Notes: generated by a model from the sequence alone, not told the origin. A stretch of 64,000 nucleotides of DNA from an uncultured Candidatus Saccharibacteria bacterium (GCA_964356915.1 CAYHJF010000001.1:4664-68663); one strand, 5' to 3'. Counted from the first letter of the stretch, positions 10,858 through 21,164 are shown. Translations and numbers: made by a program.

Positions 10858-11412
10858 CTATTCACATCGTCTATAAATATCGAAAGAAAGCATTGTACCC
10901 TTCCACTGCACAAGCTGGACCGGCTGAACTCTCTGCCACTCTCGTTCATTATATCCCGAGAATATTGTATCGCCCTCATATTCGGCATCGATACGCGTAA
11001 GATATAAAAATTGCGCACTCGGCAACGCTTCACGATAAATTTCCGCTCCACCAATCACAAATATCATTGATTCTGTATCATCGGCATGAGTGTTCGCAGC
11101 TTGGCAGGCAAGCTGTAATGCCTGACCAAATGAAGTTGCGCGTACACATCCCTCGACCTTTGGCGCCTCGAAAGAAGCGTTGCGTGTCAGAATGATATTG
11201 GTCCGGAATGGCAATGGCCTAGAGCTAAGTCCGTCAGTAAACGTTCTTCGCCCCATGATGATTGGATTGCCCATTGTATGCTTACGAAACCATTGAAGAT
11301 CTGGAGGAATTTTTGGCCACGGCAACTTACCCCGATAACCAATAACCCCATTTCTATCCATCGCAACAATAATCGCAATCCGCCTCAACACAAGCTCATC
11401 TCTTGTTGACAT
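10858..11412 (-). CDS. folA: Dihydrofolate reductase
   Basis: VIG..GKLPW, MGRRTF, RPLPFRTNIILT, VIGGAEIY; upstream of thyA. Confidence 0.95.
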   Translation of the reverse strand: MSTRDELVLRRIAIIVAMDRNGVIGYRGKLPWPKIPPDLQWFRKHTMGNPIIMGRRTFTDGLSSRPLPFRTNIILTRNASFEAPKVEGCVRATSFGQALQLACQAANTHADDTESMIFVIGGAEIYREALPSAQFLYLTRIDAEYEGDTIFSGYNEREWQRVQPVQLVQWKGTMLSFDIYRRCE

Positions 11413-11528
11413 GAAAAAACTCCGCACCCACTCTAGCGCATCAGACAAAAAATACAATCTAAGCGATCAAAATAAAAAAACAACCTCTATATTTTTAGAG
11501 GTTGTTTTTTGTGATAATAATCTTGAGA

Positions 11529-11954
11529 TTATTCCTTTACCGTAATACCCATACTGCGAGCGGTTCCTGCAATAACCTTCTTTGCGGCATCCACATCATT
11601 TGCGTTGAGATCTACCATTTTTTTCTCAGCGATGTCAGTCAATTGTTTATCCGTGATCGAACCTACTTTTTCTTGAAGAGGTTTGCCGGATCCTTTTTCA
11701 ACGCCAGCCGCCTTACGAAGTAAGTCGGAGGCAGGAGCTGTTTTGAATACAAGTTCAAATGAGCGATCGATATAAATCGTAACTTCAACTGGCACGATCT
11801 CACCTTCACGTTCGCGCGTACCCTCATTAAAGCGCGAAACAAATTCACCTAAATTAAGTCCGTGAGGACCAAGGGCCGTACCCACCGGAGGCGCAGGAGT
11901 TGCCTTCCCTGCCGGGATTTGTAACTTTACTACTGTTTTTATCTGTTTTGCCAT
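11529..11954 (-). CDS. rplK: 50S ribosomal protein L11
   Basis: [28 protein letters not shown]. Confidence 0.99.
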   Translation of the reverse strand: MAKQIKTVVKLQIPAGKATPAPPVGTALGPHGLNLGEFVSRFNEGTREREGEIVPVEVTIYIDRSFELVFKTAPASDLLRKAAGVEKGSGKPLQEKVGSITDKQLTDIAEKKMVDLNANDVDAAKKVIAGTARSMGITVKE

Positions 11955-11957
11955 AAT

Positions 11958-12503
11958 TTAAATTTTTCGTGCCTGCACCGGATCAAGCTCAACGGGAGTC
12001 TCCCGGCCGAACAGCGATACCAGTACTTTAATCTTTCCGCGCTCTTCGTCAACCTCTTCTACCTTACCTTCCATTTCTTTAAATGGACCGTCGGTAATGC
12101 GTACTGCGTCTCCCTTTACTACATCAATCTTGTGGCGAGGCTCTTCTTCACCCATGCGCTTCAAGAGCATATCGACTTCTTCTTGTTCGAGTGGCAACGG
12201 AGTCGTACCCGCTCCAACGAAACCTGTAACGCGCGGCGTATTACGAACAACATACCATGAGTCATCTGTCACAATCATATCTATCAAAACATATCCAGGA
12301 TAAATCTTTTCCTCTATTGTCTTCCGCTTACCTGCTTTGATTTTAATACGCTTTTCGGTAGGAACGATAATACTAAAAATCTTATCTTCCATCCCCATAG
12401 ACTCTACGCGTTGCTTTAAATTACGCGCAACCGCATCTTCGTATCCAGAATACGTATGAACCGCATACCAATTACGCCCGTAATCTGATGTTTGCTTTGG
12501 CAT
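11958..12503 (-). CDS. nusG: Transcription termination/antitermination factor NusG
   Basis: WYAVHTYSGYE, VRNTPRVTGFVG, KOW domain, LFGRETPVEL. Confidence 0.99.
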   Translation of the reverse strand: MPKQTSDYGRNWYAVHTYSGYEDAVARNLKQRVESMGMEDKIFSIIVPTEKRIKIKAGKRKTIEEKIYPGYVLIDMIVTDDSWYVVRNTPRVTGFVGAGTTPLPLEQEEVDMLLKRMGEEEPRHKIDVVKGDAVRITDGPFKEMEGKVEEVDEERGKIKVLVSLFGRETPVELDPVQARKI

Positions 12504-12507
12504 AAAT

Positions 12508-12693
12508 TTAAGAAATAATTTGGCTCAAAATAAAATTATATATAAAGTCGAAAAAACCTAACAGCAATGCGACTGCAAGCGAGATGATAATTACTACGAT
12601 CGTCAACTGCGTTGCTTGACGGCGAGTCGGCCAATTAACCTTTTTCATTTCTTGGCGTGTTTCGCGTAAATATGTCGTCACTCGAGAAATCAT
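12508..12693 (-). CDS. secE: Preprotein translocase subunit SecE
   Basis: EMKKVNWPTR plus one TM helix; upstream of nusG. Confidence 0.95.
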   Translation of the reverse strand: MISRVTTYLRETRQEMKKVNWPTRRQATQLTIVVIIISLAVALLLGFFDFIYNFILSQIIS

Positions 12694-12809
12694 GAATATT
12701 GAATACTAATGCCTATAAATCAAAAACGATCATTTTTAAAAGGCCCCAAGGCCTTTAATGAACTTACTATACCAGTTCCTCAAAAAAATGCAAGGGGTTA
12801 TTCACACTC

Positions 12810-13319
12810 TCACAGACTCAAAGAACACTCCTCGCACCCTTTCATAAGACGGCGCGATGCAAGATATAATGATGACAAAAGCATAAAAAGAGCCCCCGTA
12901 ACAATGTACCAACGATACTGAACGAGAAACACCGCAACCCCAAACCCCAAAAAACTAAATAATGCGCCAACACAAAGTGCGCACGTAGCGGAAGCAAAAA
13001 GTGAAGATATAACCCCCGCCATTACTCCTGCACCCCCAAGAGCGACATCCTTTGCGCGTGTGCGATAAGACCCAATTTTCAAAACAAAAATTTTCATCTG
13101 AACCGCGACTGATAATGCGGCAACACCCGCAATCAAAATCATTGTCAGATAATCAGCGAGCGATAGAAGACTCGCCTGAAACTGGACATCATTTCCTGGT
13201 ACAAGATCTACCGGCAAGAAAAACATGAGCACAAAAAAAAGAACCCAAAAAGTTATTAAGAGAATTTTAAACTGCGTCTCTTTAAGCGTCACCTGTACAG
13301 CATCTCGAACAACTCGCAT
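12810..13319 (-). CDS. Four-TM membrane protein with CxxC motifs
   Basis: Hydrophobic segments, CALC near a TM helix, C-terminal CEEC; 3-bp gap after gyrB. Confidence 0.7.
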   Translation of the reverse strand: MRVVRDAVQVTLKETQFKILLITFWVLFFVLMFFLPVDLVPGNDVQFQASLLSLADYLTMILIAGVAALSVAVQMKIFVLKIGSYRTRAKDVALGGAGVMAGVISSLFASATCALCVGALFSFLGFGVAVFLVQYRWYIVTGALFMLLSSLYLASRRLMKGCEECSLSL

Positions 13320-13322
13320 CGC

Positions 13323-15368
13323 TTAGATATCAAGATTCTTTACTAACTTGGCGTTTGTCTGGATAAAATTCTTGCGCGGTGCTACTTCTTCACCCATGAG
13401 AATATCAAAAATATGATCCGCTTCTTCAGCATCATCTACCGTCACTTTTCGCATCATGCGTCGGGCGGGATCCATCGTCGTCTCCCAAAGCTGGATCGGG
13501 TTCATTTCACCCAAACCCTTATATCGCTGAATTGTAATACCTTTTATCTTCTTATCACCCGTACTACGCTCCGCCCCCTCTTCTGGAGGTGTCTCTTCAG
13601 TCTCCTCTTCTGCTTCTTCTTCCTCTTCTTTCTTTTCCTTTAAATCCTCCTTTATTGTTTGAAGTTCTTTTATGATCCTCTCTTTCTCTTCGTCAGAATA
13701 TGCGTAGTGAAATACTCGTCCACGCTGAATCCGATAGAGCGGTGGCTGTGCGATATAAATATGTCCCGCATCAATGAGTGGCCGGAAATAACGAAAAAAA
13801 AGCGTAAGTAATAACGTACGAATGTGAGCACCGTCGACATCAGCATCCGTCATGATTACGACCTTATGATATCGAAGTCGCGCGATATCAAACTCATCGG
13901 CAATAGCCGTGCCAAGAGCAATAATAAGCGCACGAATTTCCTTGAACGCAAGCATCTTATCAAGCCGCGTACGCTCAACATTGAGAATTTTTCCTCGAAG
14001 TGGCAAAATCGCCTGCGTTCGACGATCGCGTGCTTGCTTTGCTGACCCACCTGCAGAATCACCCTCAACAATAAAGATCTCCGACTCTGAAGCATCCCTT
14101 GTCTGGCAATCAGCAAGCTTACCCGGCAATGTCATACCTTCCAAGGCACCTTTACGCAAAATCGTCTCTTTGGCAGCCTTTGCTGCGCGACGCGCTTTTG
14201 CCGCAAGTACTACTTTATCAAGAATTGCCTGCGCGTCTTGTGGATGCTCTTCAAGATACGCAACGAGCGCCTCACCACATACCTTTTCTACCGCGCCCTT
14301 TGCTTCAGGGTTACCAAGTTTTGATTTTGTCTGTCCTTCAAATTGCGTCTCTCGAAGCTTTACGGCGACAACAGCGGCAAGTCCTTCACGTACATCATCA
14401 CCCGTTAAATTATCTTCATCCTTTGCAAAGTATCCATTCTTGCGACCGTAATCGTTGAGCACGCGCGTAAGCGCGGTACGAAAACCCGTAATATGCGTAC
14501 CTCCTTCAATGGTATGAATCGTATTTGCAAATCCAAGTTCTCGTGACCCAAGATCATCAGTATATTGCAGAGCAATTTCTACAATAATATCTGCCTCTTC
14601 TTTGGATGTGTAAAAAATATTGTCATGCTTCGGCTGTAAGTGGCGTGTGATATGTCGTACGTATGACTTGATCCCCCCCTCGAAATAAAATCCATACGCT
14701 TTTTCTTCATCTTTTTTTCGTTCATCGAGAATCAAAATTTTTACCCCTGGGTTGAGGTATGCTTGCTGACGAATATGCTCGATGATTTTATGCCAATCAA
14801 ATTTTGTTTCCTTAAAAATCTCTGTATCCGGCTCAAATGTAATGGCGGTACCCGAGCCATCACATTTTCCTACTTTTTTCACCTGCGCCTTTGGCTTTCC
14901 TCGAGAATATTCCTGGGTATACAAAGATCCGTCTTTACATACTTCCGCTTTAAGCATTACTGAAAGCGCGTTGACCACGGAGACACCGACACCATGCAAT
15001 CCTCCTGCAACTTTGTACGCCTCTCCACCAAATTTCCCTCCTGCATGTAGTACGGTCAACACAGTCTCAAGTGTTGATTTTTTTGTCTGCGGATGAATTT
15101 CCACCGGAATACCGCGTCCATCATCGACAACGCGCACCTGATCATTTGGCAACAACGTAATACCAATATTCTTAGCGTACCCCGCCATGGCCTCATCAAT
15201 CGAGTTATCGACCACTTCCCACACCAAGTGATGGAGCCCGTCGGTGCCAGTCGAACCGATATACATACCGGGACGCTTTCGTACCGGCTCCAAACCCTCC
15301 AACACAAAAATATCCTTTGCGCCGTAGGATGAATCTTTCTTTGCTTTGTCTTCTTTTTCTTTAGCCAT
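13323..15368 (-). CDS. gyrB: DNA gyrase subunit B
   Basis: VRKRPGMYIG, EVVDNSIDE, VEGDSAGGSAK, MTDADVDG, RYKGLGEMNP. Confidence 0.98.
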   Translation of the reverse strand: MAKEKEDKAKKDSSYGAKDIFVLEGLEPVRKRPGMYIGSTGTDGLHHLVWEVVDNSIDEAMAGYAKNIGITLLPNDQVRVVDDGRGIPVEIHPQTKKSTLETVLTVLHAGGKFGGEAYKVAGGLHGVGVSVVNALSVMLKAEVCKDGSLYTQEYSRGKPKAQVKKVGKCDGSGTAITFEPDTEIFKETKFDWHKIIEHIRQQAYLNPGVKILILDERKKDEEKAYGFYFEGGIKSYVRHITRHLQPKHDNIFYTSKEEADIIVEIALQYTDDLGSRELGFANTIHTIEGGTHITGFRTALTRVLNDYGRKNGYFAKDEDNLTGDDVREGLAAVVAVKLRETQFEGQTKSKLGNPEAKGAVEKVCGEALVAYLEEHPQDAQAILDKVVLAAKARRAAKAAKETILRKGALEGMTLPGKLADCQTRDASESEIFIVEGDSAGGSAKQARDRRTQAILPLRGKILNVERTRLDKMLAFKEIRALIIALGTAIADEFDIARLRYHKVVIMTDADVDGAHIRTLLLTLFFRYFRPLIDAGHIYIAQPPLYRIQRGRVFHYAYSDEEKERIIKELQTIKEDLKEKKEEEEEAEEETEETPPEEGAERSTGDKKIKGITIQRYKGLGEMNPIQLWETTMDPARRMMRKVTVDDAEEADHIFDILMGEEVAPRKNFIQTNAKLVKNLDI

Positions 15369-15379
15369 GATATGTATAT

Positions 15380-17389
15380 TTAGGACCGAACTTCCCAACC
15401 CTCTTTTCGAAGCGCCGCGATAATATCTGCAACAAATCGTACCACCTCTTCGTCCGTCAGCGTACGGTCTTGAGACTGAAATATCAAATGAAATGCGAGG
15501 CTTTTTTTACCCGCTCCAATTGTATCCCCCTCATAGTAGTCGAAAAGGTCTGTATCGGCTAGGAACGCTCCGCCCGCCCCTTCTATAGTACTCGTAACAT
15601 CTTCTACTCGATCATTGGTCGAAACTAAAATCGCAAGGTCACGAACAACCATTGGATATTTTGGAATCTCCTGAAACGCGACTTCTTCCTCTACTACTAT
15701 ATCAACGATATCTAACGCAAGTTCGATAATAACTGCAGGAATTTTAAGCTCCGCATCCGGATGTACCTCATAGAGCACACCGAGTGTCTTATTATCTTTG
15801 CGAACAAAGACAGAACGATACGGATGTATAAGTTTTTTTTGAGAATATGGCCACTCGACAACATGATCTCCAATATCCTCAAAAAGAATATCTGTAACAC
15901 CAAGTGATTCAAGCACTGACTCTACCGTTCCTTTTGCTTCATAAAAAAGATCTGCTGTTTTTTTTGCCGTCGTAAGCACTACTCCCAACACAACTTTCTC
16001 CTCCGGACTCTTTTTTGCTTTTCGAAACACGTTACCTACCTCAAATAGTCGTAACTCCCGTTCGTACGGCAAATTTGTCGCTACGCTTTTTAAAAGTCCG
16101 CTCGAAATCGAAGCGCGCATATGCGTGAACTCGGTGGTAAGAGAATTTGCGAGCTCAAGATCTCCATCTTTCGCGGATGCAAAAGAATAATTTAAAACCT
16201 CATAAAAACCGTTAGACGCCAGAAAGCGCCCAACCTCATCAGCAACAGCGCGCCGTGAATGCTCGTGCGGGTGTACAAGCGGCGCATGCGGTGGTTTTGA
16301 CGTTATCCGTTCATACCCAAATATTCGCCCCACTTCTTCTATCAAATCTTCTTCCTGCACTAAATCTGTGCGCCATGACGGAGCGGTAACAAGAAATACT
16401 CCAACCTTTTTCTTACTGACACGACATCCCAAACGCTCAAGAATATCAGCCACCTCTTTTTCAGAGACACGAACACCGAGTAACCGCTCGAGATACTCAA
16501 CCCGAAGCGTGACCGTTGGTTGCTTGGAAGATTTTACAAGAGAAATATCAGAAAATCCTATCATCTTCCCACGAGCAATATCGCAGATAAGATCTCTCAA
16601 TCGAAGCGCGACGACATTAAGCTCGGCGTACGGCAACCCCTGAACAAACCTACTTGAAGCATCGGTCGTGATCCCAAGCTCACGAGATGTTTGACGAATT
16701 AAAATCGGATCAAAAACAGCAGTCTCGAGCACAACTTGTTTCGTATCTTTTGTCACCTCTGCGCGCGACCCCCCTTTAATCCCCGCGAGCGCGAGTGGAC
16801 CCTCGCCATCAGCAATAACTAGATGCTTCGGCATAAGAATGATAACTTGCCCATCTAACAACGTGATGCGCTCTCCTTTCTTTGCAAAACGTACTTCTAT
16901 TTTTTTACCTACGATCTTGTCGTAATCAAAAGCATGAACTGGATGACCAGATTCAAGTAGCACGTAATTGGTCGCGTCTACTATGTTGTTGATCGGACGC
17001 ATACCACACATCGTAAGTCGCTCACGAATAACCAGAGGAGAGTCTTTAACGCTCACCCCTTCTATATAGGAAGCAATATAGCGCGCCGTTCCTTTTGGAG
17101 CGACAGCGAGTGATAGTATATTCTTTGGTAATTTCATCCCCACCGTTCGATCAATCTTCGGCAACGTTAACGGTTTTTTTATAAGCACTGAAATTTCGCG
17201 CGCGACACCTATATGCCCCGCCGAGTCCGGCATACGATTTGGCAGTACATCAATATCAAGCACCCAATCATTACCAATCTTTTCAATCGACTCCACCTGA
17301 TATGAGTGCATCGTCAAAAGCTCCGCAAGTACTTCGGGCTTCGGAATATTTTTTACTAGACTAGAAAGCCAGCGATAAGAATATTTCAT
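15380..17389 (-). CDS. pheT: Phenylalanine-tRNA ligase beta subunit (short form)
   Basis: PNRMPD, NNIVDATNYV, DLIEEVGRIFGY, C-terminal FDX-ACB domain. Confidence 0.95.
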   Translation of the reverse strand: MKYSYRWLSSLVKNIPKPEVLAELLTMHSYQVESIEKIGNDWVLDIDVLPNRMPDSAGHIGVAREISVLIKKPLTLPKIDRTVGMKLPKNILSLAVAPKGTARYIASYIEGVSVKDSPLVIRERLTMCGMRPINNIVDATNYVLLESGHPVHAFDYDKIVGKKIEVRFAKKGERITLLDGQVIILMPKHLVIADGEGPLALAGIKGGSRAEVTKDTKQVVLETAVFDPILIRQTSRELGITTDASSRFVQGLPYAELNVVALRLRDLICDIARGKMIGFSDISLVKSSKQPTVTLRVEYLERLLGVRVSEKEVADILERLGCRVSKKKVGVFLVTAPSWRTDLVQEEDLIEEVGRIFGYERITSKPPHAPLVHPHEHSRRAVADEVGRFLASNGFYEVLNYSFASAKDGDLELANSLTTEFTHMRASISSGLLKSVATNLPYERELRLFEVGNVFRKAKKSPEEKVVLGVVLTTAKKTADLFYEAKGTVESVLESLGVTDILFEDIGDHVVEWPYSQKKLIHPYRSVFVRKDNKTLGVLYEVHPDAELKIPAVIIELALDIVDIVVEEEVAFQEIPKYPMVVRDLAILVSTNDRVEDVTSTIEGAGGAFLADTDLFDYYEGDTIGAGKKSLAFHLIFQSQDRTLTDEEVVRFVADIIAALRKEGWEVRS

Positions 17390-17393
17390 ATAA

Positions 17394-18428
17394 TTAAAAC
17401 TGTCCTAAAAATCGAATATCGTTTTGCCGAAACATTCTCACGTCAGGAATTTTATATTTCATCATAGCGATACGATCAAGCCCCATGCCGAACGCAAATC
17501 CCTGCCACTCGCCCTTGGCATAGCCTGCGGATGCAAATACGTTTTGATGCACCATACCCGCGCCACCAAGCTCAAGCCATCCTGACTGCTTGCAAACCGA
17601 GCATCCCTTGCCTTTGCAATTTACGCAGGTGATATCAAACTCAAAGCTCGGCTCGGTAAACGGAAAAAAACTTGGACGAAGACGAATAAAAACTTTCGTG
17701 CTAAAAATCTTTGAAAAAAATATTTCGAGAATATCTTTAAGATTTGCCACCGAAACATCCTTACCAACCATTAACCCCTCCAACTGCCAAAACTCAACAT
17801 CATGAGATGCATCCGTTGATTCGTTCCGAAATACTTTGCCCGGCACGATAATCCGAAATGGCGGCTCATGAGTTTCCATGTAGCGCACCTGCACCGAACT
17901 CGTATGCGTACGCGGTAAATACTTCTCCCCTAATCCTTGTTCTGTGAGCCAAAATGTATCTTGCATATCGCGCGCAGGATGCTCTTTGGGCACATTTAAT
18001 GCATCGAAATTATAATATTCCGTATCAACCTCTGGCCCTTCAGCAACCTCAAACCCAAGCGATTGGAACATCCTCTCGACACGCATTCGAAGCTGAGTAA
18101 GTGGATGAAGATGACCTTCTTCACGTCGAATACTTGGGAACGACGTATCAATTTTCTCTTGTTCAAGATCGATGAGACGCTTCTTCCGTACAATTTCTGC
18201 CTTCTTTTCGGAAAATACCTTTTCCAAATCATGACGCAATGCATTTGCCTCTGCCCCAAGTGATTTACGCGCATCCTCCTTCATTGCCGCGAGAGAACGC
18301 AATACTTCAGTCAAGACTCCTTGCTTACGACCAAAAACTGTTAACTCAAGAGCCTCAAGATCACCGAGAGTTTGCACCTCTCTAAGCATTCGGAGAGCTT
18401 CTTTTCGTATCTCCTCAAGAGATTTCAT
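17394..18428 (-). CDS. pheS: Phenylalanine-tRNA ligase alpha subunit
   Basis: HPARDMQDTF, RTHTSSVQ, FPFTEPS, GFAFGMGLDR. Confidence 0.98.
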   Translation of the reverse strand: MKSLEEIRKEALRMLREVQTLGDLEALELTVFGRKQGVLTEVLRSLAAMKEDARKSLGAEANALRHDLEKVFSEKKAEIVRKKRLIDLEQEKIDTSFPSIRREEGHLHPLTQLRMRVERMFQSLGFEVAEGPEVDTEYYNFDALNVPKEHPARDMQDTFWLTEQGLGEKYLPRTHTSSVQVRYMETHEPPFRIIVPGKVFRNESTDASHDVEFWQLEGLMVGKDVSVANLKDILEIFFSKIFSTKVFIRLRPSFFPFTEPSFEFDITCVNCKGKGCSVCKQSGWLELGGAGMVHQNVFASAGYAKGEWQGFAFGMGLDRIAMMKYKIPDVRMFRQNDIRFLGQF

Positions 18429-18548
18429 ATTCCTTATATAATAGCCGAAAAATACCCCTCTCTCAAGCAAAATACTATCCGCGTGATTCTCTCAACAATG
18501 GGGATAACACGCTTTTAATCACCAACACGCCTGCGATACAATATAGCT

Positions 18549-18815
18549 ATGAAACAAGTCTCTCTCGATGTTGTCACTTCGCCTGGGTGCACGCACTGCC
18601 ATGCGTTTCTTGAATATTGGAAAACTATCGCCAAAGATTGGCCCAATGTTACCCTACGCGATTTAAGCGTTACAACACCGGAAGGCCAAGAGCTTGTATC
18701 CAAGCATATGATTTTCTCCGCCCCTGGGATTATTCTCAATGGAGAAATTTTCGCGTCCGGCGGCGTCGATCAAAAACAATTCGTCGAAAAGCTGAAAGTC
18801 CTTTCAGCTGATTAA
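18549..18815 (+). CDS. Thioredoxin/glutaredoxin-fold protein
   Basis: PGCTHC active site and APGIILNG cis-Pro loop. Confidence 0.85.
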   Translation: MKQVSLDVVTSPGCTHCHAFLEYWKTIAKDWPNVTLRDLSVTTPEGQELVSKHMIFSAPGIILNGEIFASGGVDQKQFVEKLKVLSAD

Positions 18816-18830
18816 TAGCTCTTTATTTTC

Positions 18831-19907
18831 ATGGATTCAAAAGAAAAAGTACCGTCATTTCTTATTTACGCGATCGTCGGTCTCATCGCTCTAATCGTTT
18901 TTGGTTTTCTCTACGTCTTTTTATTCGGCAAACAAACAGACACGGCAGTCGGATGGTACGTCTTTTCATACGCGATGGGCCTCACAATGATCGTACTTCC
19001 GTGCACACTTCCTCTTGCATTCGTTATCGTGCCACTCTCTATGGGCAAAGGACCAATCAAAGGTATCGGCATCGCGCTATGCTTTGGACTTGGAGTTGCC
19101 CTCATGCTTTCAATGTACGGTGTTCTGGCTGCAATTGTCGGTAAGGCAACGGTCGGACAACTCAATACTCCACTCGAGACTGTAAAAAATTGGGTTTACT
19201 TTGTCGCTGGTATTTTTGCGTATATCTTTGCGCTTGGAGAAATCGGACTCGTAAATTTTCGTATGCCAAGCTATACGGGAGCAGCGCCCGCATTCATCCA
19301 AAAACAACAAGACTACATCAAGGCATTTTTACTTGGAATTTTTCTCGGCAACATCGGCGTCGGATGCCCCCATCCTGCAACTCCACTCATTCTCATTGAG
19401 ATCGCAACTTCTCAAAATATTTTCTACGGTTGGTCGCTCTTCTTAGTCCATGCGATTGGTCGCATTCTCCCTCTCATCCTTCTTGCCTTCCTTGGCATTC
19501 TCGGAGTCAACGCTCTCTCTTGGCTTGTTGCTCGTAAGGAAAAACTTGAACGCGCAACTGGCTGGACAATGGTATTTGTCGCAGGCTTCATTCTGACACT
19601 CGGGCTCTTTACTCATGCATGGTGGGTCAACTCTGGACAACACACCCTCTTTGAACAAATCACTGGCGAAGAATTCTTATTAGGAAAAGTAATCGCTCGA
19701 TTTGGCTTTGGAGGACAGCCTCATTCCCATGGCCCCGAGATGGGTCAGGGACTCCTTGGTCTTCCCTTAGCCTGGGGCAACTGGGTGCTCGTCATTCTTT
19801 GGCTCATACCTGTCTGGTGGGCATATTTCAAAAAAAAGGATGAGGTTTCTGCTCCATCCTCACAATCTCAAGGTCCTATAACAGAATCTAACCAAACAAT
19901 AAAGTAA
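18831..19907 (+). CDS. CcdA/DsbD-like transmembrane thiol:disulfide electron carrier
   Basis: Multiple TM helices with LPCTLP and GCPHP cysteines; HSH near the C-terminus. Confidence 0.75.
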   Translation: MDSKEKVPSFLIYAIVGLIALIVFGFLYVFLFGKQTDTAVGWYVFSYAMGLTMIVLPCTLPLAFVIVPLSMGKGPIKGIGIALCFGLGVALMLSMYGVLAAIVGKATVGQLNTPLETVKNWVYFVAGIFAYIFALGEIGLVNFRMPSYTGAAPAFIQKQQDYIKAFLLGIFLGNIGVGCPHPATPLILIEIATSQNIFYGWSLFLVHAIGRILPLILLAFLGILGVNALSWLVARKEKLERATGWTMVFVAGFILTLGLFTHAWWVNSGQHTLFEQITGEEFLLGKVIARFGFGGQPHSHGPEMGQGLLGLPLAWGNWVLVILWLIPVWWAYFKKKDEVSAPSSQSQGPITESNQTIK

Positions 19908-21100
19908 TGAACGATCTTATCTGGCGATTTCGCTTCAATATTCTTCTGACAATATTTTTAGTTACAACCTTCGTATATTATCTCCCTATGAGATTCTTAT
20001 ACCTCAACTTAGTAACACCCCATCATGGAGCAACGGCTACCTCGAACAATTCTATGGGCTCCATGATGATGCCAACTGCTAGTGACATCGCAAAACTTCC
20101 CCTCAAAACTCGCACTGGGGAGATTTCTGATGCTCCATTTATCATTTCACCCGATGGAGTAAAAGAATTTCGTCTCACCGCGCAAGAATTTCGTTGGGAA
20201 TATCAACCTGGCAAATTTATTCATGCATGGGGCTACAACGGTATGGTTCCTGGTCCAACCATTCGCGCAACTGAAGGAGAAAAAGTGCGTGTCATAGTAA
20301 AAAATGAGCTAAACGTTGATACCTCCGTTCATTGGCACGGCGTAGACGTACCATGGCAGCAAGATGGAGTGCCATATCTCACACAAGCTCCGATTAAACC
20401 CGGACAAGAATTTACATATGAGTTTAACGCACTCCCAAGCGGCACTCGTTTCTATCACTCACATGGCGCAGATCACACAACCGCCGCGCAACAAATGGAC
20501 ATGGGACTTTCAGGAGCGTTTATCATAGCGCCAAAAGATAAAGAAGACTTCCCAGCCTTCGATAAAGAATATACGCTCGTACTCGATGAATGGAACGTAC
20601 TTGCTGGCGGGATAAATTCAGCGATCGGCCATGTACATGGCGCGGGAACCATGGGAGCTGTGCCTGACTACAATCTCTTTACTATCAATGGACATGCCTT
20701 CCCCGCGACCGAACCCGTCATGGTCAAAAAAGGAGAAAAAATTCTCATTCGATTTATTAACGCAGGTACGGCTGCATACCATCCAATGCATATGCACGGA
20801 CATAACTTTACTGTTGTTGCGAAGGATGGAAACTTAATTCCTAAAGTCGCTCGCGAAACACGTAATACCATCACCATCCAACCCGGAGAAACAGTTGATA
20901 TATTAGTTGATGCAAATAATCCAGGTCCATGGATGCTCCACTGTCATCACGTGCACCACGCGACTGCTGGCATGACAACACTCTTCCAATACGAAGGTTA
21001 TGAACCTCTTATGCCTGAACCCCCGATGCCAGATATGAGCGCAATGATGATGCCTGCGGGTCAAATGGACATGACAGAGTCGATGCCCCACACTCACTAA
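19907..21100 (+). CDS. Membrane-anchored two-domain multicopper oxidase
   Basis: HWHG, YHSH, HPMHMHGH, HCHHVHH..AGM; N-terminal TM; Met-rich tail; TAATG coupling with the upstream gene. Confidence 0.9.
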   Translation: MNDLIWRFRFNILLTIFLVTTFVYYLPMRFLYLNLVTPHHGATATSNNSMGSMMMPTASDIAKLPLKTRTGEISDAPFIISPDGVKEFRLTAQEFRWEYQPGKFIHAWGYNGMVPGPTIRATEGEKVRVIVKNELNVDTSVHWHGVDVPWQQDGVPYLTQAPIKPGQEFTYEFNALPSGTRFYHSHGADHTTAAQQMDMGLSGAFIIAPKDKEDFPAFDKEYTLVLDEWNVLAGGINSAIGHVHGAGTMGAVPDYNLFTINGHAFPATEPVMVKKGEKILIRFINAGTAAYHPMHMHGHNFTVVAKDGNLIPKVARETRNTITIQPGETVDILVDANNPGPWMLHCHHVHHATAGMTTLFQYEGYEPLMPEPPMPDMSAMMMPAGQMDMTESMPHTH

Positions 21101-21116
21101 CAAGATAAGATAAAAG

Positions 21117-21142
21117 AAACGCCTTCGGGCGTTTTTTTATTT
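21117..21142. terminator. Intrinsic terminator
   Basis: AAACGCC-TTCG-GGCGTTT followed by a T tract. Confidence 0.75.
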
Positions 21143-21164
21143 ACTAACATGTTCCGATACCACC

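Noticed and set aside
13555-13665. Glu/Lys-rich low-complexity insert in GyrB
   Set aside because: In-frame variable region with no intein motifs
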